From positions 1 through 64,000 of the forward strand of contig QPMI01000404.1 in the NCBI GenBank assembly GCA_004431415.1: a stretch of 64,000 nt of DNA, given 5' to 3'. A model generated the notes under the pieces. The model saw only the letters and a list, made by a program, of their open reading frames with translations, was not told where the DNA came from and searched no databases. Made by a program: the position numbers and the translations under genes. Below are positions 47,881 through 60,700 of this stretch, piece after piece (position 1 is the first letter of the stretch; each line of letters starts with the position of its first letter). This DNA is from Cyanophora paradoxa CCMP329 (taxonomy: Eukaryota; Plantae; Glaucophyta).

Positions 47881-50800
47881 GGTACGGCTTGACAGTGCTT
47901 CTGAATTTGTCGAACAGAATCTGGATCGCTTGCCCCATCGAGGACGAGCGGGAGAGCATGTGACGTCGGGCATCGATGTCGCGGGATAGTTTGTCGGTCT
48001 GGAAGCCCCGGCGGTGTGCATCAAGAGCTGCCATATTTCGGTTTGTCCAGGAGGTTAAAGCTGCGAAGTAGCGCGACCAGCATTCTTCAGGAGTCGCACG
48101 GTCGGAGGCGCCTGGGAAAATTGGGGCAGCTTCTAGGGGGACGGGATAGTAATGGAATTCCGTCTCTGGGCGCTGAGCTACTTCAAAATTATGGAATTCA
48201 ACCGTCTGTTCGAGCTGTGTAAGGTAGTGTAGTGGGGAGGATCTGGAGCCGTCGGCACTGTCAGGAGCTAGTGCCGGTGGGGGGCCAGACGTGTCGGCGT
48301 GGCGTGCCCAAGCTGAGAGGCATCCCTGGACCTGAAGCAGGATGCCGGAGTCCTGGTCCTTCGCTCCTGGGGTGAATATGCTGGGGGTCCGGTCGCGGCG
48401 CTGGCGGTATTGGAGGAGCTGGGCCTCACTGAGGTCGGGCGACTCGGCCGCGTATTTAACCGCTTCCACGAGGGCGTGCATGAGCGTGCGGACTGCCCGC
48501 TTGACCCGCCTAGGGTAATTTGGATGCGTCCGCTGTTGTTCCGTGGGGCGGAGGATGAGGTTGACTTGGTGCGAGGATCGGGCCAGCCAGGTCTGGACGT
48601 GCATCTTTGCCCTGACGCGCGTCTCTGCCGGTTGCGCCAGGTAGGTGAAAGCTGGGGGAAGGGGCTGGGTTTGAGGGCGTACGCTGGGGCGGACCGCGTT
48701 CCCTTCGTTATCTAGCGAGGGGAGAAGGCCCTCGATGTTGAACGAGGTGATCACGGGGAAGTGGTCAGAGCGGATTGCAGTCAGGACTCGGGCAGTGTAG
48801 AGTGTGCGAGTAGCCTGCATGCGCGCTGCCAGAGCTTCGGATGCAAGAATCCCGTCCAGTCGCGCAGCCGTGTGGAGGCGCTGCGGGGCTGGGGTGTCTG
48901 GGCCTTCGTTCTGGGGCCGAGCAGCTTTAACCCAGGTTATATCGCCTGGAGTACCGAGGTCGATCAGCCGCCAGTCGTGGAGCAGCGTTGTCCAGAAATC
49001 CCGCTCAGGGGCTGATTTGCGGGCTCGGGCCGTGGAGATGCGGTCGCGGCGAGGGTCATGGACCGCATTGAAGTCACCCATTAGCACCAGTTCGGTGTGT
49101 TTGAAATCCTTGTGTCGCCAGTCATTCAGGACAGTTGTCGTTAAATATTCCATGACGTCGTCTAGTTCGCTCTGGGGAAGTGAGCGATGAGGCATGTACA
49201 CGTTCAAGACAAGGAGCCGCTCGGCTGGAGATTTCTGATAGAGAACGCCAATTAGACGGCCGGGGACCGCATACGTTTTGACAATGTCGTGTTTGAATCG
49301 GTTGTGCACCCAAAGGGCCACGCCTTTGCCTCGTCCGGCCTCGTCGGCGTTGGTGGGGCCTGAAACGTAGAGAGTGCCCTCGGGGCGGATGCGGTGTATG
49401 GTGCGTACAAGTCCTTGCATTCGTGCGCCTGGCAGGCTGAGTTCTTGGAAAGCTACGAAGTCCGCGGCCCAGGTCCCCACGGTTTCGTTGAGGGCCGCTA
49501 GAAGGCGGTCTGCCGGGTCACGTAAGGTCTCGAGCAGTCCCTGGACATTCCAAGTGACGCAGCGAATCTCAGAGTTGAGCCGTGGGCAGGCCGCAGAGGG
49601 GCTGCTCGAGGTCCGGCCCCGGAGGACGAAGCGGCGCTCATCGGTCGAGCGAGGGTATATGGCGGTGTTCTGATAGAAATTAGGCGGGTACAGGTCCGCA
49701 AGCGAGAGGGGGGCTTGAGGCGGCGGCTGGTCGCTCGCAGGGGCGGGGTCGGTGCTGTCGTCGTTTATAATTAGGTCTCCGGATTCCGGGGGGTCCGCTT
49801 CGAGGTCCCCCCACGGCGCTGGTAAGGGGCCGGCGGGGGCGTCGCTGTCAGATGAGTGAAGCGTGGCCATGTCCGAGTGCCAATCGTCGGCTGAGAGGCC
49901 TTGTTCTCCGCTTGCAGAATTGAGGAAACCGGGACGCAGCCCTGCAAAGGGGCGGCGCGCCGTTTTAGTCGGGGGCGGGTATGAGGGGCCGGCGTCGTCG
50001 GCGTCGGCCGCATTGTCTACGTCCGTGTCCGTGTCCTCGTCTTGGTCTGGCCATGGAGAGATCGAGATCTCGGGGGGTGCGCAGTCGTCGGGGTCCGAGT
50101 CGTAGGGCTCGAGATCTGCGGATCCAGACGCCCGCGGTCGGGTGTCGACTAGGTCAGGGAGTTCAGCTTCGAAATCGGCAGTGTCACGTGCGGCGAGTGC
50201 GGTGGCCATCGATGCTGCTGCCGGTACAAGCAGGGCCGCGGTCGCCGACGACGGGCCCGCACGCGTCGATTCAGGGCAAGATGCTGGGGCTGCGAGAGAT
50301 GTCTCAAACAGGAGGAAGAGTATAAGCAAGGATAAGAGGCGCCTGCGAAGTGCGCTGTGCGTCAAGCATGCGCGGCCGACAGCGTGTGTCCGGTTTGGAG
50401 TACTACAGTGGGGCGTGATTCGGGCGGCGCTCATCGTGAAGGCTGCGGCGAGCGTTGTCGCAGCATTCTGGGCATCACCAGCAATTGCTCTTGCCAGGGA
50501 GAGGCTAATGCGGAGGGGGTCCCGCAGCGGGGCCCAAGCCAGCACCGTTATCACGTCTCCTGCTGTAAGGGGTCTCAGGGGGGGAGGGCGGCAAGGGCGT
50601 GGCGCCCGCAAGGCGGGACAGGGGCGCCGCGGGCTCCTAGGGTAGAGCAGCCTTGTGACCGCACGGGCGGCCAAGCGACGTGCGAGGAGCACGAGCGTAA
50701 CGCAGGCGTAGAGGAGAAGCAAAATTGTCCAGGTTATCAGTGCACTGAGGGCGTAGGCGGGGAGCGTGAATGCTAGGAGCGGCCCGATGGCGACTGGGAC

Positions 50801-51649
50801 GAGCAAATTCTGCGCCCTTGGCGCAAGGAGGCGTAAGCTCATCGCTGCCTGTGCAGAGGCCAGGGCGGTCGCGGACACTGCAAGGATGGCTGTGAGGCCG
50901 GCAAGAGGCAAGAGTCCGTAGAGGACTCGCGACGGGAGGCCAGCGTCCAGCTTGGAAACCGCTGAGCGTGTGCACGCGCTGGCGTGTACGGCGCCTTTCT
51001 GGAATCCGAGCGCAATGTGTCGTCGGGCAGCCGCTGCGGACAGGGAGGCGAGCTCGAGGAGAGAAGTGGCTCGGTTTAGGCGTCGGCTGAGGGCCACGGC
51101 CGCCGCATCAGTGAGTCGCCAGCGGCGGCGCCATATCTTGGTCAGAGACCAGAGTAGGCGGTCCCAGGGTGAGGGGCACCAGTCTGCTTTGGCTTCGCGG
51201 GGCCGGGGGCCGAACCAGAGGGCGCTGCGAGGGGGGTTGAGAGTGGCTCTAATCGTGGAGCGGATAGAGCTGCCGAGGCGCCGCAGCCTTTCAGCTCCCT
51301 CGTCGATGCCTGCCAGCGGGGCGAGGGCTACTAGACGAAGGAGGAGACCCCCCAGGGAGAGTCCGGTCCGAAGATGGGAGGCCGCGGGCTTGCGAGGCAG
51401 GTCTCTGGGCGGGGAGAGGAGTAGCTGCGCGCGGCGAGGGGACAGCACTTGCAGGCGGAGGGTCGATCCGTGCCCGTCCTGTGCCTGCAATTGTGCATGT
51501 GAAGTCATCAAATTCATCGATATAGGTGCGTCCGCGTTGAGTAGCCCGAGCAGCCGGCTAGAGAAGGAGAGCAGGAGCTCATTTTCGAGGTTGTCCCCTA
51601 CACGGGCTTGAGAGGAGAGGTACAGCAGAAGACCGTATAGGCGGAGCAT
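47880..51649 (-). pseudogene. LINE ORF segment: hydrophobic N-terminus and APE-type endonuclease
   Basis: VTWNVQGL, FQEL, GKGVA, LNVYMP, MGDFN, TW, RLDGIL and SDHFPV. It joins the RT frame by a frameshift near 47880. Confidence 0.9.
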
Positions 51650-52859
51650 CGCGGGCAAGATCTCGAGGGCGACTAGATATAGAGGCGTCGAGTAAAGAGG
51701 CCAGGCAGTATCCCGGGGGCTACGGGCTTCAGGGCGGGGATGGTTGCTGTAGCTACATTCGTGAGCCGAGCAGTGAAAGTCTGGCCGAGGCCTCCGACTG
51801 GTGGTGTACTCATGCATGCGCACGTGTTTGTGCCCGCTTCGAGTTCCGGTGCCAGCGCGCACGCCATCATCCCAAAGGCCTGGCGTCGACGCCCAGGCCG
51901 GTTCTGTGAGCGTGCGTCGGGATTTGCGCTCTCAATGCGTAAATCGAGTTTTGCGCCGACGGAATGCGAACAAAGAAGACCGTAGCCGAGCGCCAGGCAC
52001 GAAAGAGCTGGGCGACTCGCTAGCCGCGGAGCGGCGCGAGGCGAGCACGGGATAAGCAGCAGGCTGCAGCAAGCGTCCCGCAAGGGACTAGGTGAGCTAG
52101 CCGTTGGGCCGAGCCGGCGGGCTTGAAGCCGCCGAGCTCCGGGGGGTACGCTGATTCGGGGTTTCCCTGCACGCCCAGCTTCGCTCGCGGCCGCCCCAGG
52201 CCACGAAGCGACCAGCGGCGAAGCGAAATCGCCACAGCCAGCACAGCAATCACTCCTAAGCAGCCCTGGCGGACCGGCGGCCGCACATCTCGGCCGTCCC
52301 TCCCATTGCACGGAGCCGACCCAACTCTGCAGCACCATGGCTAGCTGCAGTGGAGCGCGCTCCCGCGGCAGCAACTGTGAAGCATGCGCAGTTCTGCCTC
52401 GTTGGCTGGCCGGAGCAAACCCTGTTCCCAGCGATCCTCCCGGAATCGGCCCCGGGCCCCGGTTCACGCTTGAATCTGGTCCCTTACTGCCGTGCCGGTA
52501 CGTGGATTCACGTCCGGGCCCGCCCGCCACGCTCGCATCCAGCGCGCGCTGGCTATCCCGGGGGCCCACCGTCAGTCCGCGGCCGCCGGCTTGCCTATAC
52601 ACTATATAAGCGTGTATTGAGACCCGCCGCGCGATTCCTCCGGATCCCTGACCATTCCCTGCGCGCATGATCCGGGAGCTCCTCGGTGCTCGAGCCGGAC
52701 GCCGCCGCCGCGCCACGCCGGCGGAGCTCGCGCAGGACCGCCCCGACCTGCTGGCGCTCGCGCTGCAGGTCCACCGCGCCGTCGGGGCTTGGATCGTGCC
52801 TTACGCGTGATCCACCGACGGACGGTGCCCGGCCGCCCGCGCGGCTCGGGGTGGCAACA

Positions 52860-53640
52860 GGAGTACGGCCTCGCTGGCGGAACCGCTGCGAGATGGCCCG
52901 CTGGCGCGTCGCGCTGCGGGCCCCGTGCTCGGAGTTCCGGGGACCGCTGGCGCGGCGCGCCGCGGTCCCGGCCTGCCCCGCAGGCCCCGGCCGCGCCCGC
53001 GGCCGGCGAGCTCCACCCCGGAGTACGGCCTCGCTGGCGGAACCGCTGCGAGCCTCGGAGATGGCCCGCTGGCGCGTCGCGCTGCGGGCCCCGTGCTCGG
53101 AGTTCCGGGGACCGCTGGCGCGGCGCGCCGCGGTCCCGGCCTGCCCCGCAGGCCCCGGCCGCGCCCGCGGCCGGCGAGCTCCACCCCGGAGTACGGCCTC
53201 GCTGGCGGAACCGCTGCGAGATGGCCCGCTGGCGCGTCGCGCTGCGGGCCCCGTGCTCGGAGTTCCGGGGACCGCTGGCGCGGCGCGCCGCGGTCCCGGC
53301 CTGCCCCGCAGGCCCCGGCCGCGCCCGCGGCCGGCGAGCTCCACCCCGGAGTACGGCCTCGCTGGCGGAACCGCTGCGAGATGGCCCGCTGGCGCGTCGC
53401 GCTGCGGGCCCCGTGCTCGGAGTTCCGGGGACCGCTGGCGCGGCGCGCCGCGGTCCCGGCCTGCCCCGCAGGCCCCGGCCGCGCCCGCGGCCGGCGAGCT
53501 CCACCCCGGAGTACGGCCTTGCTGGCGGAACCGCTGCGAGATGGCCCGCTGGCGCGTCGCGCTGCGGGCCCCGTGCTCGGAGTTCCGGGGACCGCTGGCG
53601 CGGCGCGCCGCGGTCCCGGCCTGCCCCGCAGGCCCCGGCC
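52860..53640. repeat. 160-bp GC-rich tandem repeat, ~4.9 copies
   Basis: The unit GGAGTACGGCCTCGCTGGCGGAACC... starts at ~52860, 53020, 53188, 53348 and 53508, with an 8-bp insert in unit 2. Confidence 0.95.
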
Positions 53641-53664
53641 TATATCTGCACTTTTGGAGTATTG

Positions 53665-54020
53665 CAATACCTTCGACAGAATCTGCGACAGAATCAGTCG
53701 ATAAAATTCGACAGAATCGGTCGACCGATTCTGTCGCAGAATCAGTCGATCGACTGATTCTGTCGATCGACTGATTTTGTCGACCGATTCTGTCGCAGAA
53801 TCAGTCGATAAAATTCGACTGATTCGGTCGACCGATTCTGGCGCAGAATCAGTCGATCGACAGAGTTGGTCGATCGACTGATTTTGTCGACCGATTCTGT
53901 CGCAGAGTGAGTCGATAAAATTCGACAGAATCGGTCGACCGATTCTGTCGCAGAATCAGTCGATCGACTGATTCTGTCGATCGACTGATTTTGTCGACCG
54001 ATTCTGTCGCTGAGTCTGTC
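53665..54020. repeat. Palindromic CGACAGAATC/GATTCTGTCG repeat array
   Basis: Includes the perfect 28-bp palindrome CGACAGAATCGGTCGACCGATTCTGTCG at 53709-53736 and 53923-53950. Confidence 0.9.
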
Positions 54021-56559
54021 GATCTGTTGTGTTTTTATTTTATTATACTTTCAACCTAATCTGCCGATCCATATCTTAATTATAATAAGCCAGTTTTATA
54101 TATATTCTTAATAATTTGTGGCCTGGCCCTAGGCCTAGGCCTCGCCTGCTGCATGCGCCTGCTGTCTACGCGTACGTATACTGGGGTCCTGAATCCTGAT
54201 CGATATATATATAATATATACTCTCTCGGGCCCAGGCCAGGCGCCTGCCCGGCTCCAGCAATCCAGCAGGCCCCGGGCGCGCCTTGTGCCCACCTGCCTC
54301 TGGTTGCTCTGCAGTCTAGAACTAGAGACCGGCGGACTGTAAATTTAGCTATAGGCAGCACATCAACACTGAATCATGCAGCGTGGGGCCTAGCACGAGC
54401 AGGCTGAAGGGAGAGGTACTAGGGATTCACATGTAGTACTAGTAATTAACTAGTAAGGGCGAGTCATAAGCCGGAGGATAACGGGTGAAGCGATGCGGCC
54501 CGCACCAGGTCGTTCTGCACCTCGCCGCGCTCGCTGCGCCATGCATCGCGGTGAGCGAGAGCTCGAATCGAATGGAAAGAGGCAACGCCGGCACGCAGGC
54601 GGATATGCATGCGCACCTCGGCGAGGAGAGGAGAGGGAGAGGAGAGCACGAAAGCGGCTCTCCTAGGGCGCCCGGCAGCCCACGACCGCGACCGCTGATG
54701 GCAAGGGCGACGCGCTCGCTGCGCTTGGAGAGTCAATCGAAAGAAAAGAAGCGTCCGCGCCGGCGAACGACCGCACCTCGGCCCGAGAGGCCGAAAGCAT
54801 GATCTCCGAGGCGCCCGGCAGCCCGCGACCGCGACCGCGAGGGCGAGGGCGAGGGCGAAGAGCTCGCTGCGCTCGGATCGAAAGAGAAGAAATATGCGCG
54901 ACAGCAAACGACCGCACCTGCGCCCGAGCGGCCGCAAGCATGAACTCCGAGGCCGATCCCAGCAGCCACCGGGCCACACGTCCGGAAAGCGGCACGCGCT
55001 GCGCTGCGCACGCCGCCGGCGTTACAACAAGATCAAAGGGCGAGCAGTGGAGACAAGAGCGAGCACCTGGCCTGCGGAAGAAGGCGCCGGGCGAACTGGG
55101 CGGTGGTGTTCTGCTCGCGGGGACCAGTCACGCCCGCTCCCTGGCCCGCCAGCGAAATGAGGGATTGAATCAAAGGAGAGGAAACGAAAAGCACCTTGCT
55201 TCGCCTCCGCAGCCGCCGCCTACGTTCCGCGCGTGCCTGTCAGCGGCAGAACGCCCACTGGCGACAGCCGCGGGAGGAATGGACAAAAAAGGCAACAAGG
55301 AGGTCGACAGCGATGCGTTCGCGAGCGTTCGCGGCCGCAACCGGGCGCCAGCCACCCTGAAGCAGCGCTCTGCGTTTGAAATCAGGCGGGCGACAGGCGG
55401 CGAGAGGCGCCAGAGGATGCAAGAGAGGACCTTCGAGCATCGTTCGCGCTGGAAGCCGACGAAGTTCGCCGCGGCGGCAGCAAGTCCGTTCGACCTGGTT
55501 TGAAAAGCGGAATCAGAGACGCGGGCAGCGCTGCGAGACCCCGGAGGAGCCAACGAACCGAGCCGCTGTGAGAGTGAAGCGCGTCCGCGCGGCAGCCTTC
55601 AGTCGAGGCTGCAGCTGCTGGCAGCAAGGCACATGAAGGCGCTTCAAGGCAGCAAGTTTGGGGTACACGACTGTTGGGAAAAGCCTTGTGAGGCCCACAG
55701 CGGCAGGGCCGCCGCGGCAGCCGCGCCGTAGTATAGCTTTCCGAAGCCGCCTGAAGCGATTGCCAACGGCTCGACCTGGCCCTCGGTCCGGAGCGCCTCC
55801 CGCTGCGGCACCTTCGCGCGTGCTCGCAGCACGCAGCGCGAGGCAGCTACAAGCACGTGAGCTTGTAATCATGGGTCCAGCTCCCCCGTAGCGTCGTCCC
55901 TGCGCCGCGCCGATCCACAGCTAGATCGACGTCGACCAGCTGCAGGCCCGCAACCCCGCGCTGGGTGACTTCGCCGTGCTGGCCGGGCTCTTAAGCTTTG
56001 CGTGGCTTTCAGCTCACTTACATCCGCAGTATCTCTACCAGACAGCCCCGCGGTCGATTTGGAGGGTTGAGGTGCACGCCGGCCGGCGGAGCTCTCTCAC
56101 ATGTTTCGGTTCATAGCGCGTCCCTCTAAGATGCTCACGCAGTGCCTCTGACTCTGGACTGGCCGGGCGCTGCGTGAGCGCGCGGACCGACGCAACCTCC
56201 CGATCGGCGGTCGCCTCGGGTGCGCCTACCAAGCACAGCATTTGGCCAGCGACGCGCGAGCGCGTAGCTGACGAGGCCCAGATCGCCAGGATGGGTGAGC
56301 CGCCTCGGATCGTCGCAGTTTGGGAGACATTCTTCTACACTGCCTAGGTGAGCCGGCTGGGCCCGTGCGCGTCGCTGACAGGACGCGTACGCGTCGCTGA
56401 CGGGGCGCGCCGGTAACACAGGATACCGGAAAACGCCGCGTGAAGCGCAGGGGCTGGGGTGCGGCGGGTGGCGACGCCGCTCGCGGGGCGGGGCGGATCC
56501 GGAGGCGCGGCAGGCGGCCGCGTGAATTCCAGGATAGGGCGGAGGCGCTTCCTGCGGCG

Positions 56560-57640
56560 CTGCAGCTCGCGGAGGCGGGCGGGCGGCCGGAGGCGCGGCG
56601 CGTGGCGGCGCGGCTCGCCGGGCGGGGCAGAGGCGCGGCGGGCGGCCGCACGGCTCGCCAGGCGGGCCGGAGGCGCGGCGGGTGGCGTCAGCGGCTCGCC
56701 GGGCGGGGCGGAGGCGCGGCAGGCGGCGGAGGCAGCTTGCCGGGCCGGGCGGAGGCGCGGCGGGCGGCCGCGAGGCTCCGCTGGGCGGGGCGGAGGCGCG
56801 GCGGGCGGCGGCGAGGCTCGCCAGGTGGGCCGGGGGCGCGGCGGGCGGCGGCGCGGCTCGCAGAGCGGGATGGATCCTCGCGGGCGGCGGCGAGGCTCGC
56901 CGGGCGGGGCAGACGCTCGGCGGGCGGCCGCGCGCCTCGCGGGCCGGGGCGGAGGCGCGGCGGGCGGCGGCGCGCCTCGCTGGGCGGGGCGGAGGCGTGG
57001 CGGGCGGCGGCGGCGGCTCGCGGGGCGGGATGGAGGCGCAGCAAGCGGCGTCGGCGGCTCGCCGGGCGGGGCGGAGGCGCGGCAGGCGGCGGAGGCAGCT
57101 TGCCGGGCCGGGCGGAGGCGCAGCGGGCGGCCGCGAGGCTCCGCTGGGCGGGGCGGAGGCGCGGCGGGCGGCGGAGGCGGCTCGCGGGGCGGGACGGAGG
57201 CGCGGCGGGCGGCGGCGGCGGCTCGCGGACCGGGGCAGACGCTCGGCGGGCGGCCGCGCGGCTCGCCAGGCGGGCCGGGGCGCGGCGGGCGGCGGCGCGG
57301 CTCGCCGGGCGGGCCGGGGGCGCGGCGGGCGGCGGCGCGGCTCGCCGGGCCGGGCGGAGGCGCAGCGGGCGGCCGCGAGGCTCCGCTGGGCGGGGCGGAG
57401 GCGCGGCGGGCGGCGTCGGCGGCTCGCCGGGCGGGGCCGAGGCGCGGCAGGCGGCGGAGGCAGCTCGCCGGGCCGGGCGGAGGCGGGCGGGCGGCGCGCG
57501 GCTCGCTGGGCGGCCGGAGGCGCGGCGCGCTGCGGCGCGACTCGCCGGGCGGGGCAGAGGGGCGGCGGGCGGCGGTGCGCAGGCGCGGCGGCCGGCTGCG
57601 CGGCTCGCGGGGCAGGGCGGAGGAGTGGCGCGGCGGAGGC
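56560..57640. repeat. G-rich minisatellite, left arm of a large inverted repeat
   Basis: GGCGCGGCGGGCGGC..GGCTCGCC variants. 56618-57345 is nearly the reverse complement of ~63275-64000. Confidence 0.85.
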
Positions 57641-57702
57641 TCGTGGGGAAGCCTGCAGATGCTCGCTCTGTACCGTAGTACTCTTGCGTAGATCATCGGA
57701 TA

Positions 57703-60700
57703 TGCACCCCGCCCATTTCGAGGGTGGGAAATCCGAATCTGAAGTTCTCGTCAGCTCGTCCGTTCTCATATGCTCAGCGCGGCGACTTCGCACTTCTTTG
57801 CACATGATCATGATCATGAGTCTCTAGCTGCCATTAAAAGAATACTGGGTTCCTGGCACATGTCTCACAGTGTAAGCACCCGGAGATGATATCAGCGCCC
57901 CACTGTGTATCTGTAGAGTATTTGACGAGAAGCTCAGGGCTCCCGGGCATTGCGGCGGGGAAGAACGACTCCCTTATAGGGTTTCTCCCGAGATCAATTT
58001 TGAGAGCCGATTCAATGATTCCCAGTCCGCCCGTGCCTTTCCAGCTCAGATGCCAACGGATACGAGTCATTTGATAGCGTGTTAGATAGGGCCTCAACGT
58101 GATTACCGGCTGCCGGGCTTCTATTCGCATTTCCTGGCGCGCGGGAAGGCCTCAAAATGCCCGCCAAAAATAATGGCGACTTGCCCTGCAAAATAATGCA
58201 CGGCACGCTACGAGCTAGCTTGCGGCCTGCGCCGACCTCAAAATCAAATCCAGCACTGTCAAGAACCCCCGAAAGCGTCTCATCGCCCGGATGTAACTTG
58301 TCAGATAAGATGCTATGCTTGGTGATTTCTGTCCTCGAGGCCTCTTCGGGGCAAGTTGCAAGTTGACAGTCTCGGCCGCGGAGAGCTCGCTTGACCTGAC
58401 GCCGCTCCGTCATCTTGGTCCGCGACTGACTCCACATTTGCACCCCGCCCATTTCGAGGGTGGGGAATCCGAATCTGAAGTTCTCGTCAGCTCGTCCGTT
58501 CTCATATGCTCAGCGCGGCGACTTCGCACTTCTTTGCACATGATCATGATCATGAGTCTCTAGCTGCCATTAAAAGAATACTGGGTTCCTGGCACATGTA
58601 AGCACCCGGAGATGATATCAGCGCCCCACTGTGTATCTGTAGAGTATTTGACGAGAAGCTCAGGGCTCCCGGGCATTGCGGCGGGGAAGAACGACTCCCT
58701 TATAGGGTTTCTCCCGAGATCAATTTTGAGAGCCGATTCCCAGTCCGCCCGTGCCTTTCCAGCTCAGATGCCAACGGATACGAGTCATTTGATAGCGTGT
58801 TAGATAGGGCCTCAACGTGATTACCGGCTGCCGGGCTTCTATTCGCATTTCCTGGCGCGCGGGAAGGCCTCAAAATGCCCGCCAAAAATAATGGCGACTT
58901 GCCCTGCAAAATAATGCACGGCACGCTACGAGCTAGCTTGCGGCCTGCGCCGACCTCAAAATCAAATCCAGCACTGTCAAGAACCCCCGAAAGCGTCTCA
59001 TCGCCCGGATGTAACTTGTCAGATAAGATGCTATCCTTGGTGATTTCTGTCCTCGAGGCCTCTTCGGGCAAGTTGCAAGTTGACAGTCTCGGCCGCGGAG
59101 AGCTCGCTTGACCTGACGCCGCTCCGTCATCTTGGTCCGCGACTGACTCCACATTTGCACCCCGCCCATTTCGAGGGTGGGGAATCCGAATCTGAAGTTC
59201 TCGTCAGCTCGTCCGTTCTCATATGCTCAGCGCGGCGACTTCGCACTTCTTTGCACATGATCATGATCATGAGTCTCTAGCTGCCATTAAAAGAATACTG
59301 GGTTCCTGGCACATGTAAGCACCCGGAGATGATATCAGCGCCCCACTGTGTATCTGTAGAGTATTTGACGAGAAGCTCAGGGCTCCCGGGCATTGCGGCG
59401 GGGAAGAACGACTCCCTTATAGGGTTTCTCCCGAGATCAATTTTGAGAGCCGATTCCCAGTCCGCCCGTGCCTTTCCAGCTCAGATGCCAACGAATACGA
59501 GTCATTTGATAGCGTGTTAGATAGGGCCTCAACGTGATTACCGGCTGCCGGGCTTCTATTCGCATTTCCTGGCGCGCGGGAAGGCCTCAAAATGCCCGCC
59601 AAAAATAATGGCGACTTGCCCTGCAAAATAATGCACGGCACGCTACGAGCTAGCTTGCGGCCTGCGCCGACCTCAAAATCAAATCCAGCACTGTCAAGAA
59701 CCCCCGAAAGCGTCTCATCGCCCGGATGTAACTTGTCAGATAAGATGCTATCCTTGGTGATTTCTGTCCTCGAGGCCTCTTCGGGGCAAGTTGCAAGTTG
59801 ACAGTCTCGGCCGCGGAGAGCTCGCTTGACCTGACGCCGCTCCGTCATCTTGGTCCGCGACTGACTCCACATTTGCACCCCGCCCATTTCGAGGGTGGGA
59901 AATCCGAATCTGAAGTTCTCGTCAGCTCGTCCGTTCTCATATGCTCAGCGCGGCGACTTCGCACTTCTTTGCACATGATCATGATCATGAGTCTCTAGCT
60001 GCCATTAAAAGAATACTGGGTTCCTGGCACATGTCTCACAGTGTAAGCACCCGGAGATGATATCAGCGCCCCACTGTGTATCTGTAGAGTATTTGACGAG
60101 AAGCTCAGGGCTCCCGGGCATTGCGGCGGGGAAGAACGACTCCCTTATAGGGTTTCTCCCGAGATCAATTTTGAGAGCCGATTCCCAGTCCGCCCGTGCC
60201 TTTCCAGCTCAGATGCCAACGGATACGAGTCATTTGATAGCGTGTTAGATAGGGCCTCAACGTGATTACCGGCTGCCGGGCTTCTATTCGCATTTCCTGG
60301 CGCGCGGGAAGGCCTCAAAATGCCCGCCAAAAATAATGGCGACTTGCCCTGCAAAATAATGCACGGCACGCTACGAGCTAGCTTGCGGCCTGCGCCGACC
60401 TCAAAATCAAATCCAGCACTGTCAAGAACCCCCGAAAGCGTCTCATCGCCCGGATGTAACTTGTCAGATAAGATGCTATGCTTGGTGATTTCTGTCCTCG
60501 AGGCCTCTTCGGGGCAAGTTGCAAGTTGACAGTCTCGGCCGCGGAGAGCTCGCTTGACCTGACGCCGCTCCGTCATCTTGGTCCGCGACTGACTCCACAT
60601 TTGCACCCCGCCCATTTCGAGGGTGGGGAATCCGAATCTGAAGTTCTCGTCAGCTCGTCCGTTCTCATATGCTCAGCGCGGCGACTTCGCACTTCTTTGC

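Larger units (their letters stand above)
27980..52200 (-). mobile_element. Giant RNase H-bearing non-LTR retrotransposon (~14 kb without the nested element); ends approximate
   Basis: Colinear APE, RT, RNase H and CCHC motifs lie on the minus strand. The reading frame is continuous across the nested insertion and across two in-frame stops. Confidence 0.88.

Noticed and set aside
52100-52300. HDV-like ribozyme at the LINE 5' end
   Set aside because: Partial P2/P3/P4-like pairings were seen, but P1/P1.1 could not be fitted by eye.
52595-53774. Long overlapping ORFs in several frames
   Set aside because: Artefacts of the stop-poor, GC-rich 160-bp tandem repeat.
53665-54020. Possible CRISPR array
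   Set aside because: No unique spacers, no cas genes, and a eukaryotic context.
54464-56340. Host gene candidates
   Set aside because: Several moderate ORFs on both strands, but no motif or exon structure I can support.
56135-57827. 400-560 aa Pro/Ala/Arg/Gly-rich ORFs (also 62553-63936)
   Set aside because: Open in nearly all frames because of the GC minisatellite, with no domain motifs.
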